DNA of 64,000 bases from Lama glama (Eukaryota), in contig CM052817.1 in the NCBI GenBank assembly GCA_028534125.1, positions 60,886,001 through 60,950,000 of the forward strand. Reading direction: 5' to 3'. The notes under the pieces were generated by a model that was given only the letters and a program-made list of their open reading frames with translations, made no database searches and was not told the DNA's origin. Below, in pieces: positions 29,291 through 42,213 of this stretch; positions within the stretch are counted from its first letter, which is position 1, and each line of letters begins with the position of its first letter. The position numbers and the translations under genes are program-made.

Positions 29291-30616
29291 TCCCAAACAG
29301 TGCTAAAGTTAGAAGAATCTTTGTTTTTGCTCTGTTAATCTTTATTTTTTCTTAAGTTGGGAGGTTTTGGTAGAAGAAATCATAGAACGGAAAATTGTTT
29401 GTTTTCTTTCATTAGAAGCTTGGATGGTGGATTCTTAACAGGTAGATTCTTAACAGGTATATCGAGAGTCCTTGACTTTTAAACTGTGCTCCCCAGATTC
29501 CATGGGTTTTCCTCATGGGGCCGCCGCTCCGCTGAGGTGGGGCCACTGGGCTTCAATCAGAGCAGCCCTGCTCCTGTCTCTTCATATGTTTGACTTCCAG
29601 CTACAACCTCCCTGACGCTCTGAACGGCACAACACTGACACATGACCCAAACCTCAGCTCGGGGGTTTTCTGAGGCAGTCCACTGTAGCCTCCAACAATT
29701 GTAATTGCCTGATGGTTCGATTATTCTTCCTCACGGCTGGTCTTTGCATTGTGTTGAAAGCTGTCCCCTACTGGTCCTTTGAAATGCTGCAGAACAAGCT
29801 TCATTTCTTCCTCTCACGTGACATCGCTCATGTGGTCCACACAGTGGATGCCCAGAATGGACCAAACTGTGATGTGGTGACAGTGACTCAGATCCTATGA
29901 CAGAGACATAGACCCGGTATCTCCAACGTCCAAAGGAGCAAGGTCCCCTTGCACTCAGGCTTGCTGGAACAAGCATGGAGCAGACATACCTGAACAGAAA
30001 GCCCAGCGAATGTTCTAAATACAGGTGGCTCTTCTAAAAAGAACGAACTAAAATTAGCCCAAACATTACAAACACCTGCTGTGTGAAAGCCGGGGTACTT
30101 GGCACCGTAAGTCAAATCAAACACCTGTAGAGCTAACCGTGCTCGGTCCCCGCAATTGCTGTGTGCTTTTAGTTCCGAGTCTATTTCAGGAGAGTTCAGA
30201 GAGTTCAGAAAGCATCGCTAACACAGTTAAGTGAACTGAAAGAACAGAAAGTCAGGTCTGAAACACTCATCGTCACCAATCCTATACTTTGAGTGTTTAA
30301 GAGGTGAGCTTTCACCAAGCAGGTGCCATTGAAAAGACTGATTTTGTTCTGGATGCTGTCTGCCGGCTTTAATTCTCTCTCAACACTGAGGTTATGATAA
30401 TGGTTTGCTTTTAGGAGGTCAAAGATGATTTCCTGATTCTAAGGGAAAAAAAATGTCCTATATCAAATACAAAGCCAGAAATTGGTAGTATATGTCTTCA
30501 TGAATTTAAGATAACTGTGATAAAACCTGCTTTTCAAATTGTTTGAGACTACAATTGCTTGAAATTTACTCTCGCTCCAATCTCATTTTTAAAATAAAAG
30601 ACATGAGTCACACGCT

Positions 30617-30635
30617 CACACACACACACACACAC
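30617..30635. repeat. (CA)9 microsatellite
   Basis: Seen directly. Confidence 0.9.
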
Positions 30636-30904
30636 TGATCTTTCTTTCCTATCAAAGAAAACAGCACACAGATTGTGCACACAGGTTGTCTTAAACATCT
30701 ATACAATGAGAGGATTTCAAGGTAGTTTGCAGAGACACATTTTCTGAATTGCACTTAGTAAAATACAAGGCATATCTCCCCAGCTACAGTTATCTCAGAT
30801 GTACAGAGGTTTAATCCATTCTCATCAAAAGATTAAGCTTCCCATTTCTGCTACAGTTCTCATCCTTTGCAGACCAGTATTTATGTTCTCCTAAGTACAA
30901 CAAC

Positions 30905-31160
30905 CATGGGGAGGGAGGGCATGCTGACCCCGTCCCAGGCAAAGTGCTGGGCACCAGACACCACGTGTTTCACTTGATTCTCATAAAATCTCTGCACATC
31001 TGCTAGTGCTGATACTAACTGAAAGTTTAAAAACAAAACAAAGCCTAAGACTCCGGAAAGTTAAGTCCTTTGGCCAAGGACAGACAGTAAGTAAGTGACC
31101 AAACCAGAATTCAAACCCACATCTCTCCGACTCAGAAACTCGTAGCCTTTCCACCCCAAC
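30905..31160 (-). mobile_element. MIR SINE
   Basis: aaagttaagtcctttggccaagga..agtaagtaagtgacc..ccagaattcaaaccca. Confidence 0.6.
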
Positions 31161-31490
31161 CTCTGCTTCCAGGATCGGAGAGCCTTGGAGAAGAGGGAAA
31201 GGCTGCTTTCATAGCCCCTCACAGCTGTGAGAAGATTTGCACTCCTGGGATTCTTAAAGATCTACTGGTCCTCACTAGCTGATATGTTTTTGATACAGAA
31301 ATTGCAAATAAAATATTCATAAAAGATGAATGTAAAAGATGCGTGCATCAGAGTAACCTAGAAAACATAAACAGATTATGACAGATTAGTGTCTACCCCA
31401 GAGTCTGCTCAAAACCTGTCCGACCTCCGGCTCACCCTCTTCATCTCTGCTAAAAATGTCAGTGAACTTTCTGGTTTCCTTCCCCTCTTT

Positions 31491-31606
31491 TTTTGGTAAA
31501 AATTAGGTTTATTTATTTATTTATTTTGGGAGGAGTTACGGGGATTGAACCCAGGACCTCGGGCATGCTAAGCACATGCTCTGCCACGTGAGCTACACCC
31601 TCCCCC
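31491..31606 (-). mobile_element. Camelid-type tRNA-Ala-derived SINE
   Basis: Reverse complement of the same SINE (gggattgaacccaggacctc..gcatgctaagc..gagctacaccctcccc). TSD TCCCCTCTTT at 31481-31490 and 31610-31619. Confidence 0.88.
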
Positions 31607-32139
31607 TCCTCCCCTCTTTCTTAGAGTTCCTTCAATGGAAACATTAGAAAAACAAACCCCTCCTGAGTCAGCGCACACACTGCTCTGTAATGCCCCTTTC
31701 CTCCGGCCCTACAGCTATGGCAAGTTCCCTAAGCACCTAGTAGCCTCTGTCAGGAAACACTGCAATCGGTCTTCCAAGCTTCACTTTTCTCTAGCTCACT
31801 CCCTCCCATCCACCGTACTGGGTAATCTTACCAGATTTCTCAAGTCAGGTCACTCCATGGCTTAATTTTGTCATGATATTTCTACGGCCCACAAACCAAT
31901 GGCCAAGCACCTTAGCGAAGAACTTCTTCTGGCGGGAAGTACTGAGCCTTCGCAGGGGAGCAATGTTTGAGCCAAGGAGGTTGGATTTGGACAATTAGAC
32001 ATATGAACGGAGGCTGTAAAAGCGATGTGCAGAGAGGGAATGGGAAATACAGCTGGCAAGTGTTGGACCAGGAAGAAGGCTATTTGGCTTGAAAGAGACG
32101 GGGCTTATGGAGACAGACAGAAGACAGGATGGTCGGTTG

Positions 32140-33413
32140 ACGCATTCAGCAACTGTATTCTGAGAGTCCATTATGTATGTGGCAGGATGCCAGGCCCTGC
32201 AGTACACATAAGCACACAAGACTCCCGAAGCTGCAGTGGAAGAGACGTCGTGTACACGCATAATCGCCGCATGAGGCAAAGTGTAATGCGCTCTGTAAAA
32301 GTGATACAAAGTATTATAGGAATTCAGAGAAGGGAGAGAAGATTGTCCTCTAGAAACCCTTTCATTGAAATACAGTGGTTTTAAATGATAGATGATAAGT
32401 ACTTTAAAACAGTCCAGAATGTTTTGCAAATTCAGAGAAAGGCAAGATCTTTTCTTGCCAGGGTGATAAAACGTCTTCGTGGGAAAGACAGTTTTGGAGC
32501 GGGGCTTATAAAAGAGTATAATTTCTACAAATATAGAAGAAGACATTTTTAGGTGAAGGGAAGGATACCGTGGAGCTCACAGAGGAGGAAAACGCAAGGC
32601 ACATTTGAGAAAGAGCAAATCATTTGGCTGCAACACATGGCCCATGAAGAGCAGTAAGGATGCAGGATGACAAACCTGTAAAAATCAAACCCAACCACTT
32701 ACCTAATGTTTGAGTCTCACCCCTTTTATAATCTACCCCATTTCTGAACATCTGTGAATATTAGAAATAGGACGTGTATACAGTCTACTGGGGAAGCCAG
32801 GCAATTTAACAGGCGATGACAATAAATTGTGGTAAGTGCTATGGTAACAGAAACGCGAGGCGATTTGCAGCCCTGAGCAGGGCTAGGAAAAGCTCCCTGG
32901 CTGGGATTCTGAGCTAGACAGCCAGGCAGAGGAGACTGGGGCTGCTCAGCCCAGGAGACCAGCATATTCCAGGTCTGGAAGCCAGAGCGCAAGTTGTGTC
33001 CCAGGGGCTGGAGGAGGTGGCCTGAGCTGGAACTTAGAGAGAAAGGAGACTATCAAGAAAATGAAATGAAGATATTGGGAGCGAGCCTTGAAATGCTTCA
33101 TAAGCCACTTTAAAGACTTTATATTTTTAAGGAATAAAGTTCCAGGCATCACTAGGTAGAGTTTAGAGTGGAGTAGTGGCCCGATTATATTCTTATTTTA
33201 AGGAATCAGTCTAGCTGCCCCAGGAGAAGGTTTTGGATAGAGTGAGATCTGAGGACGGCAGACAAGTTGGGAACGTCATGTGGCGATCAAGGTGGAGCCC
33301 TAGTGTCTGGTCGTGGCAGCTGGGAAAGGAAAGTGGCGGGAAGAGTCTGGAGGGAGCTGTGCCAGGAACGGGCCTGGGTCTGGGCTTGAGGCGTTTTTTG
33401 AAGTATTTAGTGT
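32140..33413 (-). mobile_element. Cluster of L2 LINE fragments running into the gap
   Basis: cattcagcaactgtattctgagagtccattatgt.., cagtctactggggaagccaggca..gtggtaagtgctatgg.. and cactttaaagactttatattt. Confidence 0.55.
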
Positions 33414-33913
33414 NNNNNNNNNNNNNNNNNNNNNNNNNNNNNNNNNNNNNNNNNNNNNNNNNNNNNNNNNNNNNNNNNNNNNNNNNNNNNNNNNNNNNNN
33501 NNNNNNNNNNNNNNNNNNNNNNNNNNNNNNNNNNNNNNNNNNNNNNNNNNNNNNNNNNNNNNNNNNNNNNNNNNNNNNNNNNNNNNNNNNNNNNNNNNNN
33601 NNNNNNNNNNNNNNNNNNNNNNNNNNNNNNNNNNNNNNNNNNNNNNNNNNNNNNNNNNNNNNNNNNNNNNNNNNNNNNNNNNNNNNNNNNNNNNNNNNNN
33701 NNNNNNNNNNNNNNNNNNNNNNNNNNNNNNNNNNNNNNNNNNNNNNNNNNNNNNNNNNNNNNNNNNNNNNNNNNNNNNNNNNNNNNNNNNNNNNNNNNNN
33801 NNNNNNNNNNNNNNNNNNNNNNNNNNNNNNNNNNNNNNNNNNNNNNNNNNNNNNNNNNNNNNNNNNNNNNNNNNNNNNNNNNNNNNNNNNNNNNNNNNNN
33901 NNNNNNNNNNNNN
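33414..33913. other. Assembly gap (exactly 500 N)
   Basis: Run of N. Confidence 0.99.
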
Positions 33914-36900
33914 TATAAATTTTATTCTAAAGAAAGTAGCCTTTTAAAAATATGCAATAAAATTATCTCACCATGCCTTCAGGGTCAAATTGTTTTTCTG
34001 ATTATGTATTAGAATATGTTTTCTTTTAACTATCTTTGAGCTTTAAGAACTCAAAGAAGTTTCAGCAATAATATACAAAGATCATATCCAAAGACAAGTT
34101 GAAACTCGGTGAAGTAAGCCTATTTAAAGATGCTCAACCAAACTCATACTAAAATTAAAATTACAGGCTTTTAATGCTTAAAAGAATACTTTCTATTTTC
34201 TGTCAAAAAGAAGGAAAAGAAAAGAAAGACTGCTAACATTAGGGAGACACTCAGTTTTTAGGCTTTTATCCATTAAAACTAAGCTCATCTACAAATTGAA
34301 ACAGAAACAGAAAAGAGATCGAGGCAGTTTCTGGCACCACAAACATCTGATGTTAGCCGAAGCAATGACATGTGTACACCGAGCTCCCTTCTTTTCCTCT
34401 CTCCAGTTGCTCCTTAGGGAAGAAGTAGCACTAACTTGCGCTCCTCTATACTGTGACTCCCTGCCGTCTTCTACAGGGCCAGATGGTGGCGCTGTGGCAC
34501 CATTTGTCGAGATTTACTCTTGCCTCAGTTTTCTATAAGCAACAGCGTTTTGTGAAAAGATTCAAGACCTCTTGAAAAAGAAATTATTTTAAAAGTACTT
34601 TATTCTTCTCTTTAGTGGTAGGTAAGCTCAACATTTAAGTTCTTTGATTATTTTATTTTTTACTCTCTTTACAGGTTTACAAACCTATAAATATAGGTGT
34701 ACTTTCTAAAAGATTGAGACTAGGTGGCGATATTGTGAGTTACTGTTTTTCTCTTAGTTTATGAGAATAAAAACGAAAAGAAATGAGTATTTTTTTACAT
34801 AGTATTTTTAGGTATCCATAATTTATATTTAAAATCTTACAACTCCTCACCCCAACCTACTGCCCAAATCTTCAGAAAAAGACTTTTCTTGGCAAAAGTA
34901 AACTCAGTTTTAATCCCAGTCCTCTCTCTAGCCCTCTCAACGCTTGGTGAGGATACTTGTTCGTCTGGAAAGTGATGTTATGTTGTCAGCTGGGTGATGC
35001 ACACGTCCCTGCCTCTGATTATCCTGAACAGCTGACCTGCTGACCACCTTATTTTTTGCAAGTCTGAGTTTCATCTGACTTACACCTCGGAGATGAAAAG
35101 TGGAAACTGAATTGGCTGATGCAAAGTTGTGAATTGGGCTATTTTCTTCCCCATTTACACTACTGTCAAGATACTTCTCCTTTTACCTTTGGTCCACTGG
35201 GGACAAAAATCACGCAGGGCAACCCCACCCCTCCCCCTCCGCCCAACCCGTGGTGCTGAATAAAGCGAACGTCGGAACAACAGAAATCAGCGCGACTATT
35301 GGTACCAGGGCCAAGCAGACCTACTGCAGGTGAAAACTGAAGCCCGAGAAGGAGGACATCACACAAAGGCAACATGCGCTTTTACTGTGTACAGAGGGGG
35401 CACCTGTGACCCATGTGATCCTGGTGAATGAACGAGGCGGGAGGTTCCAGCGGGAGGTGCCGCCTCCCCAGCCCAGGGCCACACCTACTGCACTGACTTA
35501 GGGTTTCACAGGGTTCCTCACCTCTTCTAGGTAAATTGTGAAGCAGGGTGTGTGTAATTTAGCTGCAGTTCCCTATAACTACTGTTTTAACCTACTTTTT
35601 TTCCTATCGAAATTATGTTCTTTTTCAAACAAAACGTTATGCTGATTCCCAATATGCCAAACAAATCAAAGCAGTATTTTTAAACGTAATTCATAACTTA
35701 AAATGTATGAAATTTACTTACTAAAAGGCAGTAAGTGAGGGAAATGGGTGACTGTACTAGACCAAAGTCTAAGCATTCGGCTTATTTTGGTGTGTTGATG
35801 GACCCACAAACGAAAGCAGTTTAAGAGCTTGCGCGCTCCGCAGCACTTGGGGGAGCCGTTCCTCTCCTGTTTTGATGGTGCCCTTTCCTTCCGAGACAAA
35901 AAAAAAAAAATACAGTTGGCGTAACTGAGTTCAATAATGAAGATACAGACACTTATCTGTAACACACTTTAAAAGGCATTGTTCTAGAACAGTGCCCTGA
36001 CTTTTCCCCTCCCCAATTCCATTTTATTAGGCAAGTTCTGACATCTCCTCCGTGTGGAGCTGATTGTAAATGAGAATCTTTTCCAACCTGGTTCTATGGG
36101 AATTTCAACCATTCTTGATGGTAGTCCATAATTTAACATGCTTTTTCTATTTCTATTATCCTAGTTCTAATTATCTTCTAAAATTCTAATATTGAGTGGC
36201 ACTTTAAAACCAATTATTTGAAGGAACATCTTTCCAAATTCCACAGTGCTCCTTAGTCCTTTGGGAACAAGGACACATAATTCAAGAAGGCTTTTCTGAT
36301 GAACAGTGAGGTGAGGCTGTGCCTGGAAGCTTCAGAAGCCCCAAGGATGCAGGGAAAAGGAAAGCAAGCGTGATGAAGAGCCTCTCTCCTTCGTGGGCTT
36401 TCCTCATCCAGTTTTCTCAGCTTGGCGCTCTCCAGAGCCCTTAAAATCAAAGGGGGAACATAAGATGAGAAGAGGGGAAATGCCAAGAACCCTGCCTTTT
36501 GTCAGGGACCAGTTCTGGGTTCTCATCCTAAACTAATGTGGAATTCTCTTTAAAATATGAAAAGGCTTTCTTCTTTTCCCCATCTGCCGAAACATAATTA
36601 ATAACATGATTTACCTGATTGCAGATTTTCTTTAAGGAGGCTGGGACTAAGATGATAGAGTATAATTTGTTTCCATCATAAATGCTTCTCCAAACTATAA
36701 GATCAAATTCCTAACAGAAATTCTATCAGGGTGTCCCTAATTCAGAGCGTAAATGAGAGGTTCCTTTTGAGATGGCAGTGATACGTCTGTGGAGTTTTAT
36801 TTCCAGGGAGACAGGGCAGGATTTGCTGCTATGCAGACTGAATAATGTTGGAAGCCAACATCATGTCACATTTTGTGTGCACTTTCCAAAGATTAATCCA

Positions 36901-38449
36901 AGCGTTACAAATGGGACACAGACTGCCATTGTCCCAGGGACACTTTAATAACCCACACCTACAATATTCAACCTGTTGTTTGCATAGGGACAACTTTGGG
37001 ACACAAAAACCCACCAGAACGACTTGGGGAAAGGAGCCATGGAGAGGCAGAGACCCAGGCGCCACGGCCCCTCCACATTTCATCCTTCATGGCAAATGAG
37101 TCTGTTTGGAGTTTATTTATGCTTGAGGATGGGGGTCGGGCAGCTCGCTTTCTCCAAAGCACCTCAGCAAGCATGTCTTCAGTCTGCTGCGGCTAACTCA
37201 GTTTCTTCCTCACACTGTCCTTTTAGCAGGCTTTGCCAGCTTGCAGATAATTTTGGTTTTGTTTTGCATCATGCAGCTCAAATTAAGTAAAATGGCACAT
37301 GCCCTCTGGATTTCAATTGTGCCTGGCCAGTTTCTTCCTTTATTTCTCTCCCCACCCCCCTCTTTTCTTACGATTCCTGGCATCTGTTGTTCTACTGGGA
37401 TACCCTTTGTGGACGGATGACTGGGGAAAAGTGTCAGTAGGAAAAGCTTGTGAGAGGAATCTGAGAAGAGCTAGTAATGTCCACATTCTCCGGTTCATCA
37501 TCCCTCAGTACTCCTGTAAAATACTTCACTATTATTACAATTTCATTTACTTAAGAAAACAAACTCTAATGGCCTAGGAGATCAGAATTGATGACTAAGT
37601 TCCAGACTGAGTTTAAAATATCAGTAACATATTTTTCATACAAGGTGGCTTTATGTAGAGACAAATACTTAAGATTATAATAAGCAGAATCAGAAGTAGT
37701 GATATACTTAATCCTCAGCCTTTTGAACAGTATCATGAAAATGATTTTTTTCCTTTTCGTAATACATTACCATTTAGCACACAGTAGCACATCTGTAACA
37801 GATGAAAAAATTCAAAGCCAAGAGAGATTTTTCAAGAAAAACACTTTGGGGAGATCATAATGAGGATAAAAGATTTACAGAAGCATCATGAAGGAAAAGA
37901 TTATGCATGCATACAACACATATAATAATATCAAAAGGAAACCATACACAGTTCACTTAATTTCCACTTTAATAAAAGGTTTCCGTTATGTGAAAAATGA
38001 CAAGAGACAGAGGAAAACTAACAGCACACATTTTGCTAAAGGACATGCCCTATAATTTAAACTCAAACTTGGCACTTATTTAAATAAGTATCAATAAATC
38101 TGTAACAATATAACTTTTCAAATTTGCTTTCAGCACTTGATATAATTTCTTAAAAATTAAAATTATTGCATTTCTTTACTATAAATTTTTATTATCTTTC
38201 TCGTAACCAGGAGAGTAAGTATAGGCTTTGTGACCTCTGTAAATGTTATTAACCTTGAGATATGAAAATAATATGATTGACATAGGAATATGTGTGTGAT
38301 GCTGTCAGTCGTGAGTCTTAAAAGCAAGTACATGAAGAACAGTAAGGATCGTGTGAAAGTCGAGTGTAGACTGGTCTTTATCAGCTTAGCTTGAGGCGAT
38401 TGTGAGGGAGCTGGTGGGGGAAGGCCTGCAGGAGTGTGTGCCAGTTTGT

Positions 38450-38842
38450 CCTCTGCTCAGGGTCTCCCAAGGCTGAATCAAAGCTGTTGGGAGCCAGGGG
38501 TTCTCTTCCAAGTTCACTCGCTGGAAGGACTCAGCTCCTTGAGGTTGTGGGACTGAGGCTCCGATGTTCTTGCTGCTGCAGTTCCTTCCCACCTGGCCGT
38601 TCCCATAGGCACCCCTCCCCGGGCTTCAAATCCCTCTGACTGCTGGCAGGCCCCACCCTTTCTAAGGCCTAACCAGGTCATCTGACTTTTGGTTAACTCT
38701 AAGTTAACTGACTAGTAACCATAGGAGCGATACCTCATCACACTCACAGGTCCAGCCTACCCTCAAAGGGAGAGGATTACCTGGAACTCACACAGCGGCG
38801 TGTGGGAATTTGGAGGGCCATCTTGGAATTCCGGCTACCACA
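38450..38842 (-). mobile_element. MLT1 (MLT1E-like) LTR fragment
   Basis: Contains ggttgtgggactgaggc..ttaactctaagttaactgactag..ggccatcttggaattccggctaccaca, the antisense of an MLT1 5' end. Confidence 0.65.
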
Positions 38843-39018
38843 TGAGCTAATTATGAATGGAGAAAGGGTTGTGAAGGAACTAAAGTAAAAGATTGGGGAG
38901 GAAGGAATTTATTTGGAGAGAGTGGTCAGAAAAGGCCTCCCTGGGGCAGTAATGTTTGAGCTGAGACTTGAAGGGCTGCAAATGAGCCTTCATGGAAATG
39001 CACTTCAAAAGGGTATTG

Positions 39019-39170
39019 GGGTGGGGAGGGTACAGCCCAGTGGTAGAGCGAGTGCTCAGCATGCACGAGGTCCTGGGTTCAATCCCCAGTACCTCCACTT
39101 AAAAAATAAATAAATAAACCCAATTACCCACCCCACACCAAAAAACAAACAAAAGTAAAAAATAAAATTT
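39019..39170 (+). mobile_element. Camelid-type tRNA-Ala-derived SINE
   Basis: ggggagggtacagcccagtggtagagcg..ggttcaatccccagtacctcca (A and B boxes) with an A-rich tail. TSD AAAAGGGTATTG / AAAAGAGTATTG at 39007-39018 and 39171-39182. Confidence 0.9.
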
Positions 39171-41962
39171 AAAAGAGTATTGTGTTGCTATTCAGATCCA
39201 ATGTATTATGATTATACTGTTATAATTCCACTTAGGTATCAAGTACATACTAATTTTTTGAAGTTTTTATAACAAAGAAATTCCTACTTCTAAGGCAGAG
39301 TTTTAAATAAAACTTCTTTTCTAGAAGCTCTAATGCAGTTCCTCCAAGACAGAGCACCTGTGATGTATCTGAGCTGCGGGCTGACTTTCGTCGTGACCCC
39401 CAGAGAGATGTCTCAGTAGCTATATGTAGGGAGATGCTGGGGCCATTTGCCCGTGGAAAGAGGCAAAGACAGTCCCCTGCCACCTAACAATGATAATTTC
39501 ACCCTGGTGGGGATGTGTCAGAGCACTTCGGCATTATTTTGAAAAGTATTGCTGCAGGATATTTTTGAAATACGAATCTATGTCCTACTTTCCACACTTT
39601 TCCCACCTTCTTTACTCCAAGCACAGAGCCAGACCCTTTGTGTTTCTTTGCAAAGTGTGAAGCAGGTGCTTTTTCTGCCTTTGGTACAAACTTAAGGTTA
39701 TCAGAGAGAGAGCATTGGGAGATCTGGAGAGACAGAGATGCCAGGGAGTTACTTTGAGAGCATTAGGAAGGGAAGGGGACAAGAGTTTCCCAAAAACACA
39801 AAAACGGGGAGAGGGGGGATGTTGAGGAGAGGGAGCCCTCAGTGACAGGGGCTCAGAGGAGGCTCTCTGGTGCAGGACCCCAATCTCTCCAAATATTCCT
39901 GCTTCCAAGAGCAGAAACAGCAAAGCCTTTGGACTTGGTGGGGCCCCTGCCCTCAGGGCCCCTGCCTGGGATATGAGCATCTCCTTAGAAAACCAGTCTG
40001 GATCCATGAGTAGAGGAACCTCCTAGACTCCATGGCTGTTATTCTGGACCCAGGACCCCAGGACCGTGGTGCAAACTCAGTTGGAGGGCACGTGTCGGGA
40101 GGTGCAGGAGAGCCCCAGTATTGACTGGTTGAACTCCCTGGGTCAAGTTTAACTCACATGTGAGTGTGTAGACCATGTGCTCTGCACATGGTGTTGTGTA
40201 CTCAGGCATCGGGTGCATCAAGAAACCTGCAGCAAATTCTGTCCTCCTTAAACCACATTCAAGAAGCAGAACAGCCCTTACATAAATTACCAACAACATA
40301 CAGTAAGTTTTGCTAGTTTAAATGGTTTGAAGCATTTCTATACCTTAGAGATTTCAGGCTTCGTCTACCTTCTCCAGTGCCACCTCCTGCTGGCTGAATG
40401 GATGGCAGTGTAGATGAAGGAAGCTGGACCCTGGGTTTGCTCCTGCGGCAATCATTCATCAAGTGCTCTTTACTACCCAAGAATTGTGAGCTTACAAAGA
40501 TGAATAACACCAGTTCCTGTATTTTATCCAAGAGTACAGAAAAGGGAGAGAGACAGAGAGAAGCAGAAGTAGGAATTCACATTTCAGCTCTTCCATTGAT
40601 TAGCTGTCAGATGTTGGGCAAACCGTTTGATGATCCTCAAATTCAGTTATCTCACCTGTTAAATAGTTTCTACAGTCAATGGAATCTATTCAGATTTCTG
40701 ATTCATGGTGGTGTCATGCCTATGAGACAGCGTTTGTGGGAGTATATTGTTCTAAATAAGTCATTGCAATGCAATGTCTTAAGTGCTTCAGTATTGTATT
40801 TAAGTGACTCTACATTGATTCCTTCAGTCAATACTTGTTCACTGAGCACTTACTATGGTACTAGATCTGACTGATAAAAGTCATGTAAATTCTCCAAGAC
40901 TGCTTCCTTTGTAAAATGAGGGGTTTGGAACAGCTGAGCCCTGAAGTCCCTAAAAAACTGATCATGAGCTCAAGGGGAAACTGCACAGAACGTCAACCCA
41001 TTGTTCTTTCAGAAAAATATTTACATGACATTCGCAGAGACGTACTGGGGGGAGGGAGGGGGGCAGAAACCAAAGAACAGAAAATATTCAATTGAATCAA
41101 GTAACTATTTTCTTTTAAAATAAATAAAATTGTTGGAAGCTAGCTAATAACTAATTTTTTAATGGAATCATCTCACAATTCTAGTAGTAAAATACAGACT
41201 ATAAGGTTATCTGGTAAATTTAATCAGTAAAATAACCACTCATTATGACCTGGGTAGAGGTGGTGTCTCAAGCATACTTTTACTCTGTATGTAATTAAAA
41301 ATTTATTTTAAAATTGGATCAAATTCAGTCAACTAATTTCTAATCAGTTACTATGCTTTGATTTTGTTTAAGAAGAAAATATTTGACAAATTTCATAGGT
41401 ATCTGTTGTCCCAAGTGGTTTCTGTAAACATGGCTGTAATAATTTTCAGAGAGACACTAAGGAAATCTTATTTTAGTCAACAAATAAATGGAAACATTGC
41501 TAAGTCTAGAACTCGTCAGTCTGAAAAGGCTAGATTTCTCTTAGATTTTGCATATTTTTAAAAATAAAAGCACTTGCATTTTCTGGTTTGGGGTTCATAC
41601 AAAGAGTACAGGTTAGTCAGACAACCTGGCATGCCAAACTTCAAGGTCATTGTACAGGTCAAAGAAAGCATCTCTGTAGAAAAGAAGGAAGAGGCAGAGA
41701 ACAACTGTAACTATGGAAAAACAAGATTTCTAGCACCACTAAAATATATGCTCTGACAGTCGGTGTGATGTGGTGTCACAGCAGCGAGCCCGGGTACACA
41801 GGGAGGCCCTGTGTGTTGCTCCTTCAAACCCTGTGGCTTCCCTGACCTTTATAAACAGGACGAGAACACTGTCTGACACTCTGCGTGCAGCCACTGCCGG
41901 GAAGCTGAAAAGTGATACAACGTCTGAGTTGCATCTGCGAATCTTACCAAATTTAGGATCCA

Positions 41963-42213
41963 GGGGGGAGGTGGGTGGGAAGGAATAAATTGAGAGTTCG
42001 AGCTTTGCAGATACTGACTGGTATATATAAAACAGATAAACAGGTTTATACTGTATAGCACAGGGGAAAATATTCAATATCTTATAGTAGCTTACAGTGA
42101 AAAAGAATATGGAAATGAATATATGTATATCCATGTATGACCGAAGCATTGTGCTGTACACCAGAAATTGACACAACACTGTAAACTGACTATACCTCAA
42201 TTAAAAAAAAAAA
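41963..42213 (+). mobile_element. 5'-truncated, relatively young LINE-1 3' end with poly(A) tail
   Basis: Artiodactyl-like L1 3' UTR (actgtatagcacaggg..tattcaatatct..gtgctgtacaccagaaattgacacaacactgtaaactgactatacctcaatt) and an A tail. TSD TTAGGATCCA at 41953-41962 and 42214-42223. Confidence 0.85.

Noticed and set aside
29430..29459. 15-bp perfect tandem duplication GATTCTTAACAGGTA x2 (similar short duplications near 27402 and 62567)
   Set aside because: Ordinary slippage duplications with two units and no spacers, so not an array or CRISPR-like structure.
31995..32546. 183-aa minus-strand ORF
   Set aside because: Overlaps decayed L2 sequence and has no recognisable domain or splice structure.
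33233..34012. Long ORFs of 201-259 aa here and at 60575-61359
   Set aside because: Artefacts of translating through runs of N.
39023..39097. tRNA-Ala gene
   Set aside because: The tRNA-like head is followed by a SINE tail and flanked by a TSD, and related copies occur twice more in the window.
41739..42200. 153-aa minus-strand ORF
   Set aside because: Largely antisense to an L1 3' UTR insertion.
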